Below, piece after piece: positions 10,531 through 18,004 of a stretch of 32,073 bases of DNA (positions are counted from its first letter, which is position 1; each line of letters opens with the position of its first letter). The stretch comes from a virus. Its lineage: Duplodnaviria; Caudoviricetes. The stretch lies in IMG/VR virus record IMGVR_UViG_3300020045_000688, positions 1 to 32,073 of that record; one strand, written 5' to 3'. The notes beneath the pieces were generated by a model, which searched no databases, was not told the DNA's origin, and worked only from the letters and a program-made list of their open reading frames with translations. The translations under genes were made by a program, and so were the position numbers.

Positions 10531-12546
10531 ATGGCACTAACTAGAATTCCTACATCCGGTATCACTGACCTATCGGTGACAACTGCAAAACTTGTAAATA
10601 ATTCAATCACTACATCTAAACTTGCACCTACAATTGCTGGTTCATTCATTACTGTATCAGGTGTATCTAGCTGCTATATCAATGCTACAGTTGCTTATAC
10701 AATAACAAATTATAATTCTGCAACGACCTACACAGTAAATTCTCCTATATTAGGAACAGTTTCTATGTTAACTGATACAATTACATTTATATGTGGTGCT
10801 ACTTCAGGTGCTGCTTCATTTATTTTATCAGATGGCAATTTTAATAAATCAATTACACTTACAGTAAATCCCGCCGGTATTTTAGCACCTAGTATTACTA
10901 GCCCAACAACTGGTGCAATTAATATTACAGAAACTCCGACATTTACTACTTCAGAATTTACAACAGTTGGTTCTAGTGATACGCATGCATCTACTACATG
11001 GGAAATCTGGACCGGATCAAACGGAACTGGGACACTTGTACATACGTCAGTCAATGATACAACTAATAAAACATCATATACATTAGCTACTGGTATATTA
11101 AGTGTATCTGTTTTATATTATGTTCGTGCTAAACATACAGGTACTACTCTAGGTAGTTCGCAATTCTCGTCTGATGTATCGTTTACTACATCCGCGTCTT
11201 TTGGTGGTAAGATTGGTGTAGCTGGAGCAATGGGATTTGGTATAGGTAATTATGTGGGAACATTACCATCTGGATTCTCTAATACATCGTCAAATACGGA
11301 TGTAAATCATGCAAATTATGGCAACTATACATATACAGATGGATCTGTGATGTGTTTCGTTCCTAAATTCTATTACAGAATCGGACATACATCATCACCT
11401 AATTATGCAACATATGGATTAAATGCTGTCGATATTGTCGGTATTGATACATTTGCATCAACATCTGCAGCTAATACTGCGGGATATGCTTTACATAGAG
11501 CATTTATTGACGGAGGTATTGAGAAATCAGGATTCTTCTTTGACAAATATAAATGTTCTAATGGTACTGTAAGTAATACAGGAACTTTAACTGGAGCTAT
11601 TAAATCTCAGTTTGGTGGAGTTCCTATTTCATTAACTACGACATCAACATACACACGTAGTCAGAATTATGTTACTACAGAGGGTACATGTACCGGTATT
11701 TTAGCTGATGGTGTTATGTTGGCAAGAACTCGTGGTATTGGTGTGTTTAACGTACCCACGATTTTCATGTATTCTGCACTTGGTATGTTAAGTTTAGCAC
11801 ACGGTCAATCCTCGACCGGAGTATCTGCATGTGCATGGTATGATGCTACATTAACAACTAATTTCCCAAAAGGTTGTAGTAGCGGATCACTGACTGATAC
11901 TAGTGATGGTACAGTTACTTATGTAACTGCTGGGGATAGTGGTTCTTCAGCAAAACCTAAAACTGGAGCCACTGCAAATTTTAATAAAACTACACACAAT
12001 GGTCAAGCAAATGGTATTGCTGATTTGAATGGTGGTATGTATGAATTGATGTTGGGGCTTACAAATTCTGGATCATCTGCAACAGATAATGTAATTATTA
12101 ACACCAATAGTATGTATATACTGAAACAGTCTGTTTCGTATCTCACACTAAAAGGTGGTTGGAATACTACTAATGATGCTTGGCAAAATAGTTCAAACAT
12201 TACTGCATCTTATGACGTATTAACTACAACCGCAACATTCTCTGCTGTGGGAGATGTTAATTGGGGTAATTCTACAAATCAAGTATTTTCTCCAGCTACT
12301 ACTGGAAATAATTGGTTAAATACGGGTGCAGGATTGCCATTAAATGATACTTCCACTAACACAATAGGGACCAATTTATTTGGCATGGATTTACTGTATA
12401 AATATAATTGTGCAAATATGACTCCCCTGTCTTGTGGCGACTGGAGCGGCGGTGCGAGTGCTGGGTTGTTCTATCGCATCTTCACTAGCTCTCGCTCCGA
12501 CGGCGACAATCACGCTGGGTTTCGTGCGAGTTCGGTAGGTGCGTAG
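10531..12546 (+). CDS. DGR target: tail fibre/receptor-binding protein with Ig/Fn3-like domain and C-terminal C-type-lectin-fold variable domain
   Basis: N-terminal 10-aa TAKL repeats; Fn3-like segment (H.ST.WEI...YYVRAKH); CLec-type motifs GFFFDKY, GIADLNGGMYE and terminal GFRA. The 3' end matches the TR. Confidence 0.9.
   Translation: MALTRIPTSGITDLSVTTAKLVNNSITTSKLAPTIAGSFITVSGVSSCYINATVAYTITNYNSATTYTVNSPILGTVSMLTDTITFICGATSGAASFILSDGNFNKSITLTVNPAGILAPSITSPTTGAINITETPTFTTSEFTTVGSSDTHASTTWEIWTGSNGTGTLVHTSVNDTTNKTSYTLATGILSVSVLYYVRAKHTGTTLGSSQFSSDVSFTTSASFGGKIGVAGAMGFGIGNYVGTLPSGFSNTSSNTDVNHANYGNYTYTDGSVMCFVPKFYYRIGHTSSPNYATYGLNAVDIVGIDTFASTSAANTAGYALHRAFIDGGIEKSGFFFDKYKCSNGTVSNTGTLTGAIKSQFGGVPISLTTTSTYTRSQNYVTTEGTCTGILADGVMLARTRGIGVFNVPTIFMYSALGMLSLAHGQSSTGVSACAWYDATLTTNFPKGCSSGSLTDTSDGTVTYVTAGDSGSSAKPKTGATANFNKTTHNGQANGIADLNGGMYELMLGLTNSGSSATDNVIINTNSMYILKQSVSYLTLKGGWNTTNDAWQNSSNITASYDVLTTTATFSAVGDVNWGNSTNQVFSPATTGNNWLNTGAGLPLNDTSTNTIGTNLFGMDLLYKYNCANMTPLSCGDWSGGASAGLFYRIFTSSRSDGDNHAGFRASSVGA
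12415..12529 (+). repeat. DGR variable repeat (VR)
   Basis: 115-bp ungapped match to 13007-13121 with 18 mismatches, 17 of them opposite TR adenines. Confidence 0.97.
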
Positions 12547-12582
12547 CACCGTGTAACCTGTTTAGGGTGCCGATAGGCATCC
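12538..12582 (+). promoter_or_regulatory. Two hairpins 3' of VR (DGR target-recognition/cruciform elements)
   Basis: GGTGC-GTA-GCACC (12538-12550, perfect 5-bp stem) and GGGTGCC-GATA-GGCATCC (12565-12582, 7-bp stem with one G-T). Neither is present after the TR. Confidence 0.75.
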
Positions 12583-12605
12583 CGACAATAATTAAGGTAT
12601 AAATA

Positions 12606-12995
12606 ATGGAAGATACTGAGCGTACAAAATTATATAACGACATCATAGATTTACTCAAACATATGAATGATTATCTAAAACACTTCCCAAAAGAAGAGAA
12701 ATATGGTCTTGTTCAAGAAATTAAGAAGACTGGGTTGGATATGATGAAATTGTATATTAAGTGTTATAAGCAGTATCATAATAAAACTTCTAAGCAAGAA
12801 CTAGATATCTCACATGAAACATTTCGGGTAATGACTAGACTTGCTTATGAGATGCATTATTTTGAATTCAAAGATGGTGTTAGAGACATGACAGAACCTA
12901 AGGTTTTATCTGCCCATCGCTATGCTGTTTTATCAAAGAAGATAGACAACATAGGAAAGAGAATTGGTGGTTGGCTAAAAATCAATCCTCAATGA
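12606..12995 (+). CDS. avd: DGR accessory variability determinant (Avd, four-helix bundle)
   Basis: 129 aa with HFPKEEKYGL..EI, LDI.HE...LAY and IGKRIGGW motifs, located between VR and TR. Confidence 0.9.
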   Translation: MEDTERTKLYNDIIDLLKHMNDYLKHFPKEEKYGLVQEIKKTGLDMMKLYIKCYKQYHNKTSKQELDISHETFRVMTRLAYEMHYFEFKDGVRDMTEPKVLSAHRYAVLSKKIDNIGKRIGGWLKINPQ

Positions 12996-13006
12996 GGTAT
13001 GTAATC

Positions 13007-13121
13007 AATATGACTCCCATGTCTTGTGGCAACTGGAACAACGATACGAATGCTGGGTTGTTCTATCGCAACTTCAATAACTATCGCTCCAACGACAACA
13101 ATAACTATGGGTTTCGTGCGA
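13007..13121 (+). ncRNA. DGR template repeat (TR)
   Basis: Adenine-rich copy of VR (34 A; 8 AAC and 4 AAT codons in the VR frame) between avd and RT. Confidence 0.97.
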
Positions 13122-13204
13122 TCTCCGCTTTAACGTAACAATCAGAAATGATATATTCGAGCCGAAATGAGATTACATATCTTGCATTATTGCGAACTCT
13201 GCAG

Positions 13205-13245
13205 AAGTCCTCGACTTAGTACGTAACAGGAACCCTCGAGGACTT
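13205..13245 (+). promoter_or_regulatory. Spacer stem-loop covering the RT ribosome-binding site
   Basis: AAGTCCTCGA (13205-13214) and TCGAGGACTT (13236-13245) form a perfect 10-bp inverted repeat. GAGGA (13238-13242) lies 7 nt before the TTG start. Confidence 0.7.
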
Positions 13246-13249
13246 TAAC

Positions 13250-14215
13250 TTGGCTAAAACATTCAATAATCTATATGAACAATTACTTTCATATAAAACT
13301 TTAGAAACTGCATTTTATAAAGCGGCATTGGGTAAATCCAATAAAAAAGTTGTATCAGATTTTAGAAATAATTTACCCGTAGAATTATTAAATCTATTAC
13401 ACAAATTAAATTCGGATACATACACACCACTACCATATAAAGTCTTTGATGTATACGAACCTAAGAAGAGAACAATACATGCACCACATTTCCGTGATGT
13501 TGTCATTCAAAGAGCTATATATGATATTATAGAACCTATATTTGAGACAACATTTATCTGTGATTCGTATGGTTGCAGAACTGGTAAAGGTACTCACAGA
13601 GCATCAGATACAGTACAGAATCTGATGCGCAAGGTTCCATCAGATTCTTATTATCTGCAGATGGATATTGCAAAGTATTTCTATAATATTGATAGAACCA
13701 TATTAATATCATTACTCAAAAAGAAAATAACGGATCAGAGATTATTAACTCTAATCGGAAAGTTTTTACCAAATGAGACAGGTATTCCTATTGGAAATTT
13801 ACTCTCACAATTATTTTCTAATATTTACCTAAATGTTGTTGACCAACACTGTAAGCGTAAACTCGGTGTAAAGAATTATGTTAGATATGTAGATGATTTT
13901 ATCATTATAGGTACAACAAAAGAAGATATTAATATATGTCTTGTTTCTATAAAAGAAATTGTTAATACACTAAAATTAAAACTATCTAGATTTACTATAC
14001 AGAAGATAAATAGAGGAATTAATTTCTGTGGATACAGAACATGGAATAGAACAAAATTTCTTAGAAAGAAATCGATTTATAAATTTAAAGTCGTATTAAA
14101 TAAAGTAAACGTAAGATCAATAATGTCATGTATAGGACATTCTAAACCAACTGCAAATTATTCACGTCTAATTAAATTAACTGAGAACACAATGTTATTC
14201 CCAGAGATATTGTAA
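13250..14215 (+). CDS. DGR reverse transcriptase (C-terminal ~12 codons probably derived from the inverted segment)
   Basis: EPKKR.I.AP.FRD, DI.KYF..I, GIPIGNLLSQ (DGR-type SQ motif), catalytic YVDD, FCGY. No group II intron endonuclease domain. Confidence 0.95.
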   Translation: MAKTFNNLYEQLLSYKTLETAFYKAALGKSNKKVVSDFRNNLPVELLNLLHKLNSDTYTPLPYKVFDVYEPKKRTIHAPHFRDVVIQRAIYDIIEPIFETTFICDSYGCRTGKGTHRASDTVQNLMRKVPSDSYYLQMDIAKYFYNIDRTILISLLKKKITDQRLLTLIGKFLPNETGIPIGNLLSQLFSNIYLNVVDQHCKRKLGVKNYVRYVDDFIIIGTTKEDINICLVSIKEIVNTLKLKLSRFTIQKINRGINFCGYRTWNRTKFLRKKSIYKFKVVLNKVNVRSIMSCIGHSKPTANYSRLIKLTENTMLFPEIL

Positions 14216-14391
14216 GCAATACCTGGTTCCTGAAGTACCCCAGAAATAGAGATGATCAGATTCTGGGCAGTTCCTGGAGACATAGCAATACCAGCAACTG
14301 CACATAGGAAAGTCGTAGTTACTGAATTGAATGTCAGCCCATCAAGTTTTTTGAATGCACCAGATAAAGGTGCGTTGCCGATATATGTCAT
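14158..14391 (-). pseudogene. N-terminal fragment of a fibre/virion protein (inverted, truncated after ...NNIVFS)
   Basis: MTYIGNAP...FNSVTTTF...QNLIISISGVLQEPG.AY.ISG..IVFS is a recognisable phage fibre N-terminus. RBS AAGGGA upstream. Runs into the RT antisense strand. Confidence 0.7.
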
Positions 14392-14400
14392 TGATATCCC

Positions 14401-14928
14401 TTAGATGATTTTATCGAGTTTTGCTTTATATTCAGTTTCATATAAAGCATTAATTTTCGTATATCGAGTCATGATCCGATTCATCATATCAACTGGATCT
14501 TCAGAATCAGATCGCAATTTCACTGCACCAGAATCTAGTGCAGCAACAAATCCAGATACTCTGTCTTTATATGCGGTTCTGATAGGTTCAGATATAAGTG
14601 TACCAGATAATACTTCGTTGGAAACTCTAGCAGATAGAACTAATGCAAATTCACACATTTTCATACAATCAGCTAACATATCTTGCACATCACCAACTTC
14701 CATTTCAAGTTTTCCACGAAATGTTTCTTTCTCTAGTTTAGGCAACGCAAGACTTTTTAATAATTCTACATCAGTTACTTGAACTAAAATCAATTCTTGA
14801 ACAGGCAACACTATATCATCAGGAACTGAAATATAATATTCATCACCTACTTTACCGATATTGATGATCTCATTTTTCTCAGTGTTCTTAAAGTGTTGTA
14901 TAAACCCAGTAGGTCCAGTTTCAACAAT
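14401..14928 (-). pseudogene. DGR/fibre-associated hypothetical protein lacking its start (inverted)
   Basis: Natural-looking protein IVETGPTGFIQHFKN...YKAKLDKII whose stop abuts the RBS of the next minus-strand gene. Upstream of ~14929 the frame is only antisense to the + fibre gene. Confidence 0.6.
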
Positions 14929-14929
14929 T

Positions 14930-15553
14930 GGTGTACTACTTGGTTCTGTAGGTGAAATTAATACAGTTACCGATGGTGCAATTACTGCAGCTAAATTAGC
15001 CAACAATTCGGTTACGACTACTGCAATTCTTGATGCTAATATAACTTCTGGTAAACTAGCACCAGGTGTTGCAGTGGATAATCTAGGGTTCACACCTTAT
15101 AACGCCACAAATCCTTCGGGGTTTATCAGTAATGGCGCTAATTCATACACAGGGGCACAGACTGGTGGGGATAATATTCTAAGTAGTTGGTTACTCAGAG
15201 ATACTGCACTTGTTTATGTAGATAAAGGTACTGTAGGTACTGGTACTGTGACATTTAATTATTCTACTGGATCTTGTCAGAGATTGCAAGTTTCTGGTGC
15301 GTTAACTATTGGACTCAGCAACTTCCCACCTACTGGAAATCTTGGTGTGATGCAATTAGAACTTGTAAATGCTGGTTCTGCTACAGTCACTATGCCCGAC
15401 ATCAATTGGATTAAATTGGATGGTACGTTTACTACAAGTATTTCTACATATCTTAGTAATATTTCTAGGAATACACTTCAGACCACAGGAACTGATTTTA
15501 TTATGATATGGAGTAGAGATGGTGGAACTACAGTATATGGTAAGATTCTATGA
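14930..15553 (+). pseudogene. C-terminal part of the split fibre/virion protein
   Basis: GVLLGSVGEINTVTDGAITAAKLA...LGFTPYNATNPSGFI...DGGTTVYG. It has no convincing RBS or start of its own, and its stop overlaps the next ATG (ATGA). Confidence 0.65.
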
Positions 15554-17451
15554 GTGAGTTAGCTTTATTAACTGGAGCAGATACTAAAGGTAGTAAGCTG
15601 TACGTCGATGACGTATTCAGCGCGTACACATACACGGGCAATGGTTCCACACAGACGATCACCAACGGGATTGATCTGGCGGGTAAGGGTGGGATGGTTT
15701 GGACGAAGCAGCGAAATGGGGTGGATACACACAGCGTACAGGACACTGTAATAGGCACTACGAAGACGCTTTGCACTGCCTCTTCAGGAGCTGCTCCTAT
15801 TAACAGTACGTGTGTATCTGCCTTTAACTCTAGTGGTTACTCTGTAGGGTCATATTGGGACGTTAATACCGCAGATAAAAACTACGTAAGCTGGACCTTT
15901 CGCAAAGCCCCGAAGTTCTTCGATGTGGTGACTTATACGGGGAATGGCGTAGCATCTAGAATGCTATCACACTCTCTAGGTGGTTCTGTTGGGATGCTAA
16001 TTATTAAAGCAACTAGCACCACAGGTGATTGGTATGTGCTACATCAATCCGTTATTGGGGATTTGTACCTTAATACCACTGCTGCCAAAACAGCAAGCAA
16101 TATCAACTGGGCTTCATCTACTCAGATTGAAGTTAATGGTGTGCAGAATACTAATGGCGTCACCTACGTCGCCTACCTATTCGCCCACGACACCAGTGCT
16201 GATGGAATTATTCAGTGTGGAAGTTTTACGACTGATGGTAGTGGTAATGCTACGGTGAATCTTGGGTGGGAACCACAGTATGTGATGGTGAAGTCGTCAA
16301 GCATCAATACGACAGGGTGGGAAATATATGACCAAATGCGGGGTTGGAATGCTATTGGAGGTAATAGAAACAAAATAGAGGCAAATGCAACTGCTGCTGA
16401 ATCTGTCTACGGACAAGGGCTAGTCGCTGCGTACCCAACCGCCAACGGGTTTACATACGCAGTAAATTTAGGAGGTTATCAAAATACCACTTTCATCTAC
16501 CTAGCCATCCGTCGCCCCAACAAACCCCCCACACTAGGTACGCAGGTTTACAACGCGATTGCACGTGCGGGTACAGGTGCGGTCGCTACGGTTACTGGTG
16601 TTGGGTTTGCTCCTGATTTGGTTATTTCTGGAAAAAGAACTGGGGCCGCTACTGGCTCAGCATGGTTTGACAGATTACGCGGGAGCCTTAATGTACTACA
16701 ATCATATGCTGTATCAGCAGAATCAACTACTGTCGGTACAATTACTAGTTTTGATATGGATGGTGAAACTCTGGGTAATGACACTGCTGGATATATAAAC
16801 AAAGTTGGGCCTACATATGTAAACCACTTCTTCAAACGTTCACCTGGTGTGTTCGATCAGGTCTGCTATACGGGGACTGGGGCCGTATTGGCGGTCCCAC
16901 ATAGTCTTGGCACGGCTCCTGAATTGTTACTTTGCAAAAGTAGAAGTTCTTCTGCTGACTGGTCTGTATATTCAAACGCAGTTGGAGCAACACATAGATT
17001 ATTGCTCAGTAACTCTGATGCGCCTACTGTAAACGGGTCATGGAATAACATAGACCCAACAAGTAGTGTGTTTACGGTTACTGGTGCGGCCACAGTTGGA
17101 TCTGTTGGTGTAACCTACGTAGCCTACCTATTCGCCACCAAAGCAGGTATCTCCAAAGTAGGCACCTACACAGGCAACGGTTCCAGTCAAACCATCAATT
17201 GCGGCTTTACTTCAGGCGCAAGATTCATCCTTATCAAGCGCACTGACTCAGCAGGTGACTGGTTTACATGGGACACAGCACGCGGCATCGTAGCAGGTAC
17301 TGATCCACATCTGAGTCTCAATTCATCGGCAGTGGAAGTAACAACTGATGATTCGATTGATCCAGATACCTCTGGCTTCATTGTCAATCAAGTAGCTGCT
17401 ACCAATATCAATGTGACTTCTGCTACCTATATCTTCTTGGCTATCGCTTAA
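15550..17451 (+). CDS. Repetitive YTGNG-type virion/fibre-tip protein (633 aa)
   Basis: Repeated YTGNG/YTGTG, FDVVTY and YVAYLFA modules; C-terminal YIFLAIA. Confidence 0.75.
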   Translation: MSELALLTGADTKGSKLYVDDVFSAYTYTGNGSTQTITNGIDLAGKGGMVWTKQRNGVDTHSVQDTVIGTTKTLCTASSGAAPINSTCVSAFNSSGYSVGSYWDVNTADKNYVSWTFRKAPKFFDVVTYTGNGVASRMLSHSLGGSVGMLIIKATSTTGDWYVLHQSVIGDLYLNTTAAKTASNINWASSTQIEVNGVQNTNGVTYVAYLFAHDTSADGIIQCGSFTTDGSGNATVNLGWEPQYVMVKSSSINTTGWEIYDQMRGWNAIGGNRNKIEANATAAESVYGQGLVAAYPTANGFTYAVNLGGYQNTTFIYLAIRRPNKPPTLGTQVYNAIARAGTGAVATVTGVGFAPDLVISGKRTGAATGSAWFDRLRGSLNVLQSYAVSAESTTVGTITSFDMDGETLGNDTAGYINKVGPTYVNHFFKRSPGVFDQVCYTGTGAVLAVPHSLGTAPELLLCKSRSSSADWSVYSNAVGATHRLLLSNSDAPTVNGSWNNIDPTSSVFTVTGAATVGSVGVTYVAYLFATKAGISKVGTYTGNGSSQTINCGFTSGARFILIKRTDSAGDWFTWDTARGIVAGTDPHLSLNSSAVEVTTDDSIDPDTSGFIVNQVAATNINVTSATYIFLAIA

Positions 17452-17460
17452 AGGAATCCC

Positions 17461-18000
17461 ATGAATTATATCAATACAACTACAAATCAATATCCTGTTT
17501 CCGAGAATGAGATTCGTGCAACATATCCAAACACTAGTTTTTCGGTGCCTTTCCAAGCGCCAGAACCTTATGTAGGTGTATTCCCTGCACCAACTCCTAT
17601 GTTCGATCATATTAGCCAATCTATCCGAGAAGTTACGCCTATACTTACGAATAAAGGTCATTGGGAGCAAGTATGGGAAGTTGCATCATTATCCGTTGAG
17701 CAGATCGCAATAAACAAAGCAGAATTTTTAATTGCGCTTCAAACTAGCATTGTCCAAGCTACACAATCTCGTCTCGATACATTTGCTAGAGCGCGTAACT
17801 ATGACAGTATCCTAAGCGCCTGTACTTACGCAACTTCTGCGGTTCCACAGTTTGCTGCAGAAGGTCAGATTGCAGTAGATGCGCGTGATGCAACTTGGAT
17901 GTCTCTATACACATTATTAGCCGAAATACAAGCAGGCACTCGCGATGCCCCAACGAGTTTTGAAGATATTGAGTTATTGCTACCAGAATTAACTTGGTAA
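17461..18000 (+). CDS. Tail fibre assembly chaperone-like protein
   Basis: RBS AAGGA. LD.FAR.R.YDSI.SACTY...F..EG......RD..W...LP.L.W pattern, directly after a fibre gene. Confidence 0.65.
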   Translation: MNYINTTTNQYPVSENEIRATYPNTSFSVPFQAPEPYVGVFPAPTPMFDHISQSIREVTPILTNKGHWEQVWEVASLSVEQIAINKAEFLIALQTSIVQATQSRLDTFARARNYDSILSACTYATSAVPQFAAEGQIAVDARDATWMSLYTLLAEIQAGTRDAPTSFEDIELLLPELTW

Positions 18001-18004
18001 GTTA

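Larger units (their letters stand above)
10531..14215 (+). mobile_element. Diversity-generating retroelement cassette (target/VR - hairpins - avd - TR - spacer - RT)
   Basis: All canonical components are present in the Bordetella BPP-1-like order. Confidence 0.95.

Noticed and set aside
12598-12605. Exact T4 late promoter TATAAATA before avd
   Set aside because: It abuts the ATG, so a transcript would start inside avd, and it differs from the ATTAAATA motif used elsewhere. Probably just the RBS spacer, although an internal TR-RT transcript cannot be excluded.
13010-13138. TR is an open frame (MTPMSCGNWNNDT...GFRAISALT*) with GAGGT 11 nt upstream
   Set aside because: An open frame is expected for a copy of a coding VR, and the GAGGT lies in the predicted duplex. 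No evidence of translation.
13250-14215. RT as group II intron, retron or CRISPR-associated RT
   Set aside because: The TR/VR pair, avd and SQ motif identify a DGR. No intron domains, msr/msd or CRISPR array are visible.
14929-15093. N-terminal part of the listed minus-strand ORF 14401-15093 (MNPRLSTATPG...)
   Set aside because: Antisense shadow of the + strand fibre sequence, with no RBS.
14930-17451. Second DGR target among the downstream fibre genes
   Set aside because: No further copy of the TR constant segments (GCTGGGTTGTTCTATCGC, GGGTTTCGTGCG) was seen by eye in the window.
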